Shown here one piece after another: positions 1 to 8,787 of a stretch of DNA of 64,000 nucleotides. The DNA is from Syntrophorhabdaceae bacterium (GTDB lineage: Bacteria > Desulfobacterota > Syntrophorhabdia > Syntrophorhabdales > Syntrophorhabdaceae), in contig OY762209.1 in NCBI GenBank assembly GCA_963665295.1, positions 4,416,001 to 4,480,000 on the forward strand. Direction: 5' to 3'. Position 1 is the first letter of the stretch. Each line of letters starts with the position of its first letter. A program made the translations under genes and the position numbers. The notes beneath the pieces are model-generated. The model did no database searches and was not told the origin of the DNA. It saw nothing but the letters and a program-made list of their open reading frames with translations.

Positions 1-534
1 AACAGGATCGTCGAGGAATTTCTCCTTTCCACCAGATCTCACGTTCCATTTGTCACTGAAAACCTCTATACTTTCATAGAGGAACTGGTTATGGTGCTCA
101 CGGAAAAAGCACGGTCACAGGAAATCGTCCTGGCAAACAAGGTGGATTCGGTCATCACCCTCGAATGTCAGAAGGAACGGTTGAAACAGGCCCTCTACAA
201 CCTCGTGCTTAACGGCATGGAAGCGATCAAGAACGGAGGGACGATTGAAATTGCCACGGAGCTGAAAGGCAAGACCGTGGAGCTTTCCATAAAAGACTCG
301 GGACCTGGAATAAAGGCGGAAGACCTCCATACCATATTCGAGTATTATTATACAAGCAAGGATAAAGGGATGGGATTGGGCCTTCCTATATCATACATGA
401 TCGTCAAAGATCACGGGGGCGACATAAAGGTGACAAGCGAGGAAGGAAAAGGCGCGACCTTTACAATAACGCTCCCCCTCATTCATCCGGTTACGGGAGA
501 ACAAACGTCCACGCCGGACAGAATACCAAAATAA
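1..534 (+). CDS. Sensor histidine kinase, C-terminal HATPase part (5' truncated by window edge)
   Basis: Frame is open from position 1 (NRIVEEFLL...). N-box LYNLVLNGMEA, G1 DSGPGI, F-box, G2 GMGLGL. Confidence 0.9.
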   Translation, partial: NRIVEEFLLSTRSHVPFVTENLYTFIEELVMVLTEKARSQEIVLANKVDSVITLECQKERLKQALYNLVLNGMEAIKNGGTIEIATELKGKTVELSIKDSGPGIKAEDLHTIFEYYYTSKDKGMGLGLPISYMIVKDHGGDIKVTSEEGKGATFTITLPLIHPVTGEQTSTPDRIPK

Positions 535-568
535 CGGACGCATGGATAACGCGTCAGAGGATAACACC

Positions 569-1921
569 ATGGACAGGATAAACATATTGATAGTGGAAGA
601 TGAGGAAACACAAAGGTCTCTCCTCGCGGGCCTCCTGAAGAAGGAAGGCTACCCCGTCTACGAGGGGCCGGACGGAGAGACGGCCATTGCCATATTCAGG
701 AAAACACCCGTTGAGATCGCCCTTCTCGATTACAAGCTCCCTGATACGGACGGTCTTACCCTTCTTAAAAGGATGAAAGAGATAAACCCGGAGGTGGAGG
801 TGGTCATGATCACCGCTTTCGGGAGCATAGAAAACGCGGTGGAAGCCTTGAAGGCGGGTGCGTCGGAATACCTGACGAAGCCGATCGACATCGACGATCT
901 GCTGTTCAAGATAAAGAGAATAGAAGAGAAGACTCATCTCGTCAAGGAAAACAGGGTACTAAAGGAAACATTGAAGGACCGCTTCAAATCTGAGGCCTTC
1001 ATCTATTCAGGGGAAGGCATGCACGAGGTGGCAAGCCTCGTGGTGAGGGTTGCGCGAACGGACTCCACTTGTATCATAGAAGGCGAAAGCGGGGTCGGCA
1101 AGGAAGTCGTGGTCAACCTCATTCACGAACTGAGTGAAAGAAAAAACATGCCTCTCGTAAAGTTGAATTGCGCCGCCATACCGGAGTCCCTTCTCGAAAG
1201 CGAACTCTTCGGGTACGAAAAGGGGGCCTTCACCGGGGCGTACCAGAGGAAGATAGGCAAGTTCGAGCTTGCGAACAAAGGGACCATTTTCCTGGACGAA
1301 ATAGGTGATATCTCGCCCTTGCTCCAATCCAAGCTTCTACGGGCGATACAGGAAAGGGAGATCGAGAGGCTCGGGGGACTTCATACACTCAAAGTGGATG
1401 TAAGGATCATAGTTGCCACAAACAAACACCTCGAAGAGGAGGTTAAGAAGGGGTCCTTCAGAGAAGATCTCTATTACAGGCTGAATGTGGTAAAGATAAC
1501 CGTGCCTCCCTTGCGCGACCGAAAGGAGGACATTCCCCTTCTCATTGAATATTTCACCAAGAAATTCAACGACAGGCACAAACGCAACATAAAAGGGGTG
1601 ACCAGGGAGGCAAGGGATATACTGTTGAAATATGACTACCCCGGAAACGTGCGGGAGCTTGAAAACATCATAGAACGGGCAATAGTCCTTACGAGGGGTG
1701 ATTACATCTCCGTGGAGGATCTCCCTTCGGTTTCAGGAAAGGTGCCGCCTTCCTCCGAAGGAGGCATGAACGAGGTGGTGGAATCCATGGAAAAACACAT
1801 GCTCATAGATGCCCTCACGCAAAACGACTGGGTGCAGATCAAGGCGGCGCTGCAATTGGGAATAAGCGAGAGGATGCTGCGCTATAAGATGAAGAAGTAT
1901 AACATAGCTAAGGAACAGTAA
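569..1921 (+). CDS. Sigma-54-dependent response regulator (NtrC/AtoC family: REC, AAA+, HTH)
   Basis: REC domain (ILIVEDE, LLDYKLP), Walker A GESGVGKE, ESELFGYEKGAFTGA, C-terminal Fis-type HTH. ATG 569 follows GAGG. Confidence 0.95.
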   Translation: MDRINILIVEDEETQRSLLAGLLKKEGYPVYEGPDGETAIAIFRKTPVEIALLDYKLPDTDGLTLLKRMKEINPEVEVVMITAFGSIENAVEALKAGASEYLTKPIDIDDLLFKIKRIEEKTHLVKENRVLKETLKDRFKSEAFIYSGEGMHEVASLVVRVARTDSTCIIEGESGVGKEVVVNLIHELSERKNMPLVKLNCAAIPESLLESELFGYEKGAFTGAYQRKIGKFELANKGTIFLDEIGDISPLLQSKLLRAIQEREIERLGGLHTLKVDVRIIVATNKHLEEEVKKGSFREDLYYRLNVVKITVPPLRDRKEDIPLLIEYFTKKFNDRHKRNIKGVTREARDILLKYDYPGNVRELENIIERAIVLTRGDYISVEDLPSVSGKVPPSSEGGMNEVVESMEKHMLIDALTQNDWVQIKAALQLGISERMLRYKMKKYNIAKEQ

Positions 1922-1989
1922 ATACCGACCGGGCAGCCTGCGACCGGATCAGGAGGTCCATTGCTGCCCCGGTAGGCAGACCCGGCAGC

Positions 1990-2017
1990 AGGCGGTCGGC
2001 CTACCGCCTCATTTTTT
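1990..2017 (+). terminator. Probable intrinsic terminator
   Basis: AGGCGGT-cggcct-ACCGCCT stem followed by caTTTTTT. Confidence 0.6.
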
Positions 2018-2119
2018 CGTTACTTTTTTCGAAAGACCCTGCTATGATATAGCGAATTGTGAAGTGAAATTTTCGGGGGCTGCAGAAGATGCAACTCCAT
2101 ACAAGAGGTATGTAAGGTA

Positions 2120-3274
2120 TTGTCCTCCGCCGGCAAGCAGAAGAGCCCCACCACCTATGCCATCTCTGTCTCGGGAGAGAAGGGCGGCCCTGTAACACTC
2201 ATGATATCGGGACGCATGGCTCTCGAGAATATAGAAAAGATACTGGCCGAGGTCACATCCATTTTCGACGAGCACCTCCCGTCCGGAGTTACCCTCGATC
2301 TCGCAGGCATTGAATTCATGGACAGCGCGGGGGCCTTGCTCCTTTTCCAGTTGGAGGATATCGCCACCCGGCGCTCCTTGCCGTTTTCGGTGGTAAGTCT
2401 ATCGAAAAAGGCAGACGACATGCTCGGCCTTATCGACAAGCAGGCCCTTACCATGAAACCCATCAACCCGAGAGAGCGGTACATGGGCTTCATGGAAGAG
2501 ATCGGGGTGAGTTGCCTCGCCATGATCAGCGACGTGGCAAGATTCATAACCTTCGGTGGTACCCTCATTGCCGAGATTATCTCGTCCCTCCTTCATCCCA
2601 CCACCGTGAGGTGGGGCGACACGCTCAACTATATGAAAAAGGCGGGCGTGGACGGCCTTCCCATTCTCGGCCTCATCAGTTTCCTTCTCGGCCTTATTAT
2701 GGCTTTCATGTCCTCCTTGCAACTCAAACAGTTCGGCGCAAACATATACGTGGCGTCCCTCGTGGGACTCGCCATGGTAAGAGAACTCGGTCCCATCATA
2801 ACCGCCATCCTCGTGGCGGGAAGGTCGGGTTCCGCCTTCGCCGCCGAAATCGGGACCATGAAGGTCAATGAGGAAGTCGACGCCCTCGTGACTATGGGTT
2901 TCGAGCCCATAAGGTTCCTCGCCATACCCAAGGTCTTTGCCGCCATGGTCGTGGTCCCCATCCTCACCCTCTTCTCCGATGTGTTCGCCATCTTCGGCGG
3001 ACTTCTCGTGGGGGTTATAGGGCTGGAGATTACCCCTTATACCTACCTTCGTCAGACAGCAAGTTCCTTTGATAGTTTCGATATCGTGGCGGGGACCGTG
3101 AAGTCCATGGTCTTCGCAGTGTTGATCGCGGGAATCGGGTGCCAGAGAGGTTTCGAGGTCAGGGGCGGAGCGGAGGCCGTGGGTAACGCAACCACGTCCG
3201 CCGTGGTGTCTTCATTATTTCTCATCATTGTGACAGACTCGACGTTTGCCATAATACTCAACTACATACGGTAA
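2120..3274 (+). CDS. mlaE: MlaE-family ABC permease with N-terminal STAS domain
   Basis: STAS motif LDLAGIEFMDSAG; permease motif RELGPIITAILVAGRSGSAFAAEIGTMKVNEEVDAL. TTG start is approximate. Confidence 0.9.
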   Translation: MSSAGKQKSPTTYAISVSGEKGGPVTLMISGRMALENIEKILAEVTSIFDEHLPSGVTLDLAGIEFMDSAGALLLFQLEDIATRRSLPFSVVSLSKKADDMLGLIDKQALTMKPINPRERYMGFMEEIGVSCLAMISDVARFITFGGTLIAEIISSLLHPTTVRWGDTLNYMKKAGVDGLPILGLISFLLGLIMAFMSSLQLKQFGANIYVASLVGLAMVRELGPIITAILVAGRSGSAFAAEIGTMKVNEEVDALVTMGFEPIRFLAIPKVFAAMVVVPILTLFSDVFAIFGGLLVGVIGLEITPYTYLRQTASSFDSFDIVAGTVKSMVFAVLIAGIGCQRGFEVRGGAEAVGNATTSAVVSSLFLIIVTDSTFAIILNYIR

Positions 3275-3283
3275 GGTGCACAG

Positions 3284-4063
3284 GTGAGCAACAGCGTTCA
3301 GGCCATGACGAGGGACAGGGAAAAGGTCATATCCGTGCGGGGACTGACAGTCCGTTACGGCGAAAACACGATACTCGAAGACGTGGACCTCGAGGTGTTC
3401 AAGGGAGAAATCCTCGTCATCGCGGGAGGGAGCGGTTGCGGCAAATCGACCCTGCTCAAGCACGTAATGGGGCTGTCAAAGCCTTCGGCGGGCCGGGTAG
3501 TGATCAACGATGTTGACATTACCACCACAGATTATGATATGTTGACCCGGTTGCGCAAGGGAATCGGCATGCTCTTCCAATCCAGCGCCCTCTTCGGGTC
3601 TATGACGATATCCGAGAACGTATCTCTGCCCCTCGAAACATTTACCGACCTCTCTCACGAGACCATCACCCTCATTATGAGAATGAAACTGGGGATGGTG
3701 GGATTGGCCGGGTACGAAAACCATTTTCCCGCCGAACTCTCCGGAGGGATGCAGAAGAGGGCAGGCATCGCAAGGGCCATGGCCATGGACCCCGGTATAC
3801 TCTTCTTCGACGAACCATCCGCGGGTCTGGACCCTATTACCGCGGCAGGCCTTGACCGACTCATCAAGAGCATCAACGAGTCCATGGGCACCACAATGGT
3901 GATTGTCACCCACGAGTTGGCATCCATCTTTGCGGTAGCTCAGAGGATAATCATGCTTGACCGGAGCAAGAAAGGCATCATCGCGGAAGGCGACCCGTGG
4001 GAGCTTAAGGAAAAATCCGCCGATCCCCTCGTAAGGAATTTCTTCAACAGGCAGCCGGCATGA
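3284..4063 (+). CDS. mlaF: MlaF/Mkl-family ABC ATPase
   Basis: GGSGCGKS, LSGGMQKR, FFDEP, VTHEL. Confidence 0.93.
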   Translation: MSNSVQAMTRDREKVISVRGLTVRYGENTILEDVDLEVFKGEILVIAGGSGCGKSTLLKHVMGLSKPSAGRVVINDVDITTTDYDMLTRLRKGIGMLFQSSALFGSMTISENVSLPLETFTDLSHETITLIMRMKLGMVGLAGYENHFPAELSGGMQKRAGIARAMAMDPGILFFDEPSAGLDPITAAGLDRLIKSINESMGTTMVIVTHELASIFAVAQRIIMLDRSKKGIIAEGDPWELKEKSADPLVRNFFNRQPA

Positions 4064-4090
4064 AGGGAAAGGCACAGAAGGGATATAACC

Positions 4091-5020
4091 ATGCTTAAGA
4101 AACAGACATATTTTACGGTGGGCCTTTTTGTGATCATAGGGGTCGTTCTGGGTGCAGCGGCCATTGTGTGGGTAAGCACGACCAAATACTTCAAGAAAGG
4201 TGCATCTTTCGTTACCTATTTCGACGAGTCCGTTCAGGGACTCCAGGTCGACTCCATAGTGAAATATCGAGGAGTCGACGTAGGAAGGGTCGAAAAGATC
4301 GGGGTGGCGCCTGACTACCGCCTCATAGAGGTGGTAATGAAGATAGACTTCAAGGGAGATGTGATGCGCGAAACCGTGGCCAAGCTCCAGATGGCAGGCA
4401 TCACGGGTATTGTCTTCGTGGATCTGGACCGGAGAATACAGGGAGATGCCACGCCCTCACCAAAAATAACCTTCCCCACCCAGTATCCCGTCATACCGTC
4501 CCATCCTTCGGACATACAGCAGATATCTTCAGGGGTAAATGAGATAGTGGGAAGGATAAAGAAGGTGGACTTTCAAGCCATATCGGACGAAGTGCTGAGC
4601 ACCACCAAGGCCATGCAGTCGGTGATCGGTGGGGCTGCCGCGAAAAAGATGGTGGCAAACCTGGAATCGATAACAACCCGCCTTTCCAACACGACTGCGA
4701 GGATTGACAAGGTTGTGGAGGCAGGCGCCATCGAGGCCATCATCATGGAGGCTCAAGGCGCCATAAAGGATGCGAGGGGACTCATGGCGCGACTCAAGGC
4801 TGAAATTGATGCCGTCGATGTGTCCGAGACTGCCCGAAGGACCAATGCTCTCCTCGAAAATGCCGCAAAGAAGACCAACGCGGTCTCTATTGAGGCTCAG
4901 GTTACCCTGGAAAACCTTCGAAATGCATCCGAAACGCTTGACGGTCTTTTGAACAGACTGAAGGCGGACCCGTCCGAGATTATCTTCAGTTCACCGCCAA
5001 ACCAGGGGAGACAGAAATGA
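4091..5020 (+). CDS. MlaD/MCE-domain protein with helical extension
   Basis: N-terminal TM helix; MCE motif FDESVQGLQVDSIVKYRGVDVGRV. Confidence 0.9.
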   Translation: MLKKQTYFTVGLFVIIGVVLGAAAIVWVSTTKYFKKGASFVTYFDESVQGLQVDSIVKYRGVDVGRVEKIGVAPDYRLIEVVMKIDFKGDVMRETVAKLQMAGITGIVFVDLDRRIQGDATPSPKITFPTQYPVIPSHPSDIQQISSGVNEIVGRIKKVDFQAISDEVLSTTKAMQSVIGGAAAKKMVANLESITTRLSNTTARIDKVVEAGAIEAIIMEAQGAIKDARGLMARLKAEIDAVDVSETARRTNALLENAAKKTNAVSIEAQVTLENLRNASETLDGLLNRLKADPSEIIFSSPPNQGRQK

Positions 5021-5679
5021 TGATGAAGAATATAAGAGGAAGGATGATATCATTAGCAATCAGGATACAGATGGTGGGCGTATGCGCCCTTCTTCTCGCC
5101 GGATGTTTTCCAGGCGCCAAGGCTCCGCTCATGGTCGATCATTATACCCTTGAGTATGCCTCTCCCGCCTTCGGTAATATCAAGGCAGTCAGCGAAGCTA
5201 TCAGGGTCGAACGTTTCGCGGTGGCCCAAGCCTACAATACTACCTCCATGCTATACAAGCCCGCGCCCTATAAACTGGAAGCATACGGCTCCGCCCGGTG
5301 GCGGGTCGGACCTGGAGATATTCTCTCCGACTATCTGGTCCGCGATATAAGATCGGCCGGTATATTCCGGGGTGCCTTCTCCTATCGTGAGGGCGAGAGT
5401 GCAAGGTTCGTGCTTGAGGGCGGAGTGGAGGAATTTCTCGAGGTCGATGAGAAGAACAAGGGGACCGCGCTTCTCATCGTGAGAATAGCCCTTATAGACT
5501 CAAAGGAAACGGAGAGCACCAAAAGGCTCGTCTTTCAAAAAAGCTACCGCTTTGCGGAGCCCTTGGCGGAACAGTCGGCCAAATCCCTTGCGGAAGGTAT
5601 GAGTGTTGCGGTACAAAGGCTGTCAGAGCAGGCCTTGAAGGACGTCCTGGAGTCCGTGCAGCGTCTGAACGCCACGTAA
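5017..5679 (+). CDS. ABC-type transport auxiliary lipoprotein (PqiC-like)
   Basis: Lipobox LLAGC; last gene of the MCE operon. Confidence 0.75.
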   Translation: MMMKNIRGRMISLAIRIQMVGVCALLLAGCFPGAKAPLMVDHYTLEYASPAFGNIKAVSEAIRVERFAVAQAYNTTSMLYKPAPYKLEAYGSARWRVGPGDILSDYLVRDIRSAGIFRGAFSYREGESARFVLEGGVEEFLEVDEKNKGTALLIVRIALIDSKETESTKRLVFQKSYRFAEPLAEQSAKSLAEGMSVAVQRLSEQALKDVLESVQRLNAT

Positions 5680-5754
5680 AAGGACCCGCCGCCGTGCGTC
5701 CTCCGGGACGTTCGGTTTTGTGGCATAATAAAAAGAAGACTGAGGGAGGCAAAA

Positions 5755-7404
5755 ATTCGACCCCGAAAGATAAAACAAGATAAGACGGGGGACCCGGCCA
5801 TACCGGTTGTCCCTAAAGACGGTACAGTAAGCTGCCGCACCTCTCTCGCCACAACAAACCGCAAGCTCCATTTCCTTCTTGAACTCGGTGAGATCATCGG
5901 TCTCGACCTTGAGATTGACGACATGCTTGTGAGGATAGCCGGGAAGGCAGCCCAAATCACTGAGTCGGAACGGTTTGCCATACTCCTCTATGACCAGGAC
6001 ACCAATGAACTATGGAGCAGGATCCCCACACCCCAAGGCGAGAAGGTCCTGAGGATGCCTTCTCGCCTTGGCATCGCGGGGTACAGTTTCACCACGGGCA
6101 TGACCGTAAATGTAAAAGACGCCCAAAGAGACAAAAGATTCTACAAAAATATCGATATCCTCTCCGGCCATCAGACGAGGAGTATTCTCAGTGTGCCGTT
6201 TCACGGCAGATCAGGCCAGCCTTTGGGCGTTATCGAACTCATAAACAAGAGCCGAGGGTTTTTCACAAAGGAGGATGAGACTTTTCTCAAGACATTCAGC
6301 AATTACATAAAGGTCTTTATTGAAGTCGCCCAACTCCAGAAAGCCCGCCTCGATGCAATGAAACAGTCCAGGGAGGAATTGGAGCATCTCAACAGGGCAA
6401 AGGGTAAAGCCCTGGACCACCTTTCCCATGAACTGAAAACCCCTCTCGCCTTAATGCAGGGTGTGACCAGGCTTCTCGACCACAAACTGGGCAAGGACGA
6501 GGCGCAGGCCCCCCTTTTGCACCTTCTCGATATTCTTCAGAGGAATATCTCCCGTCTGTTCAAGATGGAGGAGGAGACAGAAAAGATCATCAGGGCTTAT
6601 CGCGAAATAGAAGGACGATTCATACTCAAGGAATTCGACCGTCTCTGGGCCCGCCTTGCCGATGTGACAACCATCCCTCCCCACGTAAGGACCAAGGTCG
6701 CCGACCTTCACGCATGGCTCGCCGGCCACCTTCCCCACAGCCCTGCCTCCTTTGAGCATATTCTCGTGGCGCCCTTTGTCGAGGAAAGAATCGAACGGGC
6801 AAAACAAGAGATCCCCTACCGCACACTGTCTTTCTCAGTCATCGGAGGAGAAGGCCTCTACGTCCTCTCCGACCCGGCTATGCTGGCGAGCATCGTGGAC
6901 GGCCTTCTGAAGAACGCCATCGAAAACACGCCCGATGAAGGGAAGATCACCGTGATCGTGGAGGGGACACGGGATCACTTTATATTGAAGGTACAGGACT
7001 TCGGTGTGGGCATTACCGAGGAAAACAAGGGACGTGTCCTCGACGGTCTTTTTCATACCCAGGAGACGGTTGATTACGGTTCAAAAAGGCCCTACGACTT
7101 CAACGCGGGCGGTAAAGGCCTCGACCTCCTCCTCATGAGAATTTATGGTCACCTGTTCGGATTTCGCTTGTCTGTGGAAAGCCGGAGATGTACTTATTTA
7201 CCTACAGACAAAGACCTTTGTCCCGGCAGGATATCCCTCTGTACCCACTGTAAAAACCCTGAAATGTGCCTGGAGTCCGGAGGAAGTATTTTTTCGGTAT
7301 TCTTTTCCCTTACCGGTCAATATGTGTTAAAATACAACGAAAGTTCAGTTAGCGTTTTAGAAAAGGATAGGGTAGAGCATGAACAGGAAGGAGCCTCTGA
7401 TTGA
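5755..7404 (+). CDS. GAF-domain sensor histidine kinase with Cys-rich insert; start uncertain (ATT 5755 or ATG 5923)
   Basis: GAF (RSILSVPF...GVIELINK...FTKEDE), HisKA SHELKTPL, HATPase KNAIE/DFGVGI. Frame is open from 5680. Confidence 0.85.
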   Translation: MRPRKIKQDKTGDPAIPVVPKDGTVSCRTSLATTNRKLHFLLELGEIIGLDLEIDDMLVRIAGKAAQITESERFAILLYDQDTNELWSRIPTPQGEKVLRMPSRLGIAGYSFTTGMTVNVKDAQRDKRFYKNIDILSGHQTRSILSVPFHGRSGQPLGVIELINKSRGFFTKEDETFLKTFSNYIKVFIEVAQLQKARLDAMKQSREELEHLNRAKGKALDHLSHELKTPLALMQGVTRLLDHKLGKDEAQAPLLHLLDILQRNISRLFKMEEETEKIIRAYREIEGRFILKEFDRLWARLADVTTIPPHVRTKVADLHAWLAGHLPHSPASFEHILVAPFVEERIERAKQEIPYRTLSFSVIGGEGLYVLSDPAMLASIVDGLLKNAIENTPDEGKITVIVEGTRDHFILKVQDFGVGITEENKGRVLDGLFHTQETVDYGSKRPYDFNAGGKGLDLLLMRIYGHLFGFRLSVESRRCTYLPTDKDLCPGRISLCTHCKNPEMCLESGGSIFSVFFSLTGQYVLKYNESSVSVLEKDRVEHEQEGASD

Positions 7405-8131
7405 TCTCTTGATCCACGACCTTACAGGTCCTATTTCGATCGTGCTTACAAGCGTCAGGAACCTCCTCGACAAAGAGGATAAATACAAAGACTCCACCCG
7501 CCGGAGAGAGGTCCTGGAGAGGATTCTCAGGAATTCCAGCAAAGCCAAAACCCTGTTGCAGGAGCTTGTCGAGGTGTACCGGTCAGAGGAAGGTCGGTTC
7601 TGCGTGGAGAGCGTTCCCGTGCGAGATCTCATGCGGGAGGCTTTTCTCGACGCATTTGAGATCACCAACTCCGCCGAGACGGAGAAGCTGTTATGTTGCG
7701 CCACCAATAACGATTTTTTCAACACCCTTCGGGCAAACGATATCATGGTGGAAGTATCCGGAAAATACGGTGACGCACCTTTTTCTCACGATTACAGGAA
7801 GGTGAGACAGATCGTGCGCAATCTCATCAGCAATGCGTTAAAGCACCGCAAGAAACAGGTAATTGTCTCCATAAGCGGGGAGACCGACCTCGTCGTCTCG
7901 GTGCAGGACGACGGGTGCGGAATATCCGGGAAGGAACAGGAAGAAGTGTTCAACAGGTTTGCCAATTTGACCGACAAGACTAATATTGATGTACAAGGGC
8001 TGGGATTCGGCCTTTCATGCGTGAAAACGCTGATAGATGCGATCGGGGGAGAGATCATGGTCAAAAGTGGGGAAGGCGCGGGCACGTGTTTTACCGTTCG
8101 CATCCCTCCCCTCTCTGAACCAAAACTTTGA
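7379..8131 (+). CDS. Sensor-less histidine kinase (HisKA plus HATPase)
   Basis: IHDLTGPI, RNLISNALKH, DDGCGI, GLGFGL. Confidence 0.88.
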   Translation: MNRKEPLIDLLIHDLTGPISIVLTSVRNLLDKEDKYKDSTRRREVLERILRNSSKAKTLLQELVEVYRSEEGRFCVESVPVRDLMREAFLDAFEITNSAETEKLLCCATNNDFFNTLRANDIMVEVSGKYGDAPFSHDYRKVRQIVRNLISNALKHRKKQVIVSISGETDLVVSVQDDGCGISGKEQEEVFNRFANLTDKTNIDVQGLGFGLSCVKTLIDAIGGEIMVKSGEGAGTCFTVRIPPLSEPKL

Positions 8132-8148
8132 GCAAGGAGGAAGGAGAT

Positions 8149-8658
8149 ATGAGCAATTCAATTTTGGACGGCAAGAAAATCCTGGCTGTAGATGACGAAC
8201 CGGATGTGTTGAGCGTGCTTCAAGAAGAGATCATGGATGCCTGCCCGAACTGTAAGTTCGAGAAGGCTACCAACTATGAGGATGCCACCAAGCTGCTCGA
8301 ATCCAACACCTACGATGTGGTTATCCTGGACATCATGGGCGTTCGCGGGTTTGACCTCCTTGAAACTGCGGTAAAGAGGGGGTTTAAGGTGGCTATGCTC
8401 ACCGCACATGCCTTATCACCGGAGGCGTTGAAACGCTCCATCGAATTGAAGGCACGGGCCTATCTTCCCAAGGAGAAACTCGGAGAGATAGTTCCTTTCC
8501 TCGAAGACCTGCTCAAGCTGGATTACGAGAGCGGCTGGAACCGCCTCTTCGAGAAACTCTATGGGTTCTTTACAGAGAAGTTCGAGTCCGACTGGGAAAA
8601 GAAGACAGGCGCAACCTGGCAGGAATGGGTGCGTGAAAGCTCGATAAAGAAGAAATAA
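8149..8658 (+). CDS. Response regulator (REC plus short C-terminal tail)
   Basis: ILAVDDE, ILDIMG, MLTAH, YLPK; AAGGAG before ATG 8149. Confidence 0.9.
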   Translation: MSNSILDGKKILAVDDEPDVLSVLQEEIMDACPNCKFEKATNYEDATKLLESNTYDVVILDIMGVRGFDLLETAVKRGFKVAMLTAHALSPEALKRSIELKARAYLPKEKLGEIVPFLEDLLKLDYESGWNRLFEKLYGFFTEKFESDWEKKTGATWQEWVRESSIKKK

Positions 8659-8787
8659 AACTATTCCCAAGTTCCGGCTGCAACTTCCGAGTCGCATAAT
8701 CCGCGGGAGTTGCAGCCCATATCACCCGCCGCAGCAGGCCGGTCCCTCTCAGAAAGGGTTCAGTTACAAAAATCTATTCCGGAACCA

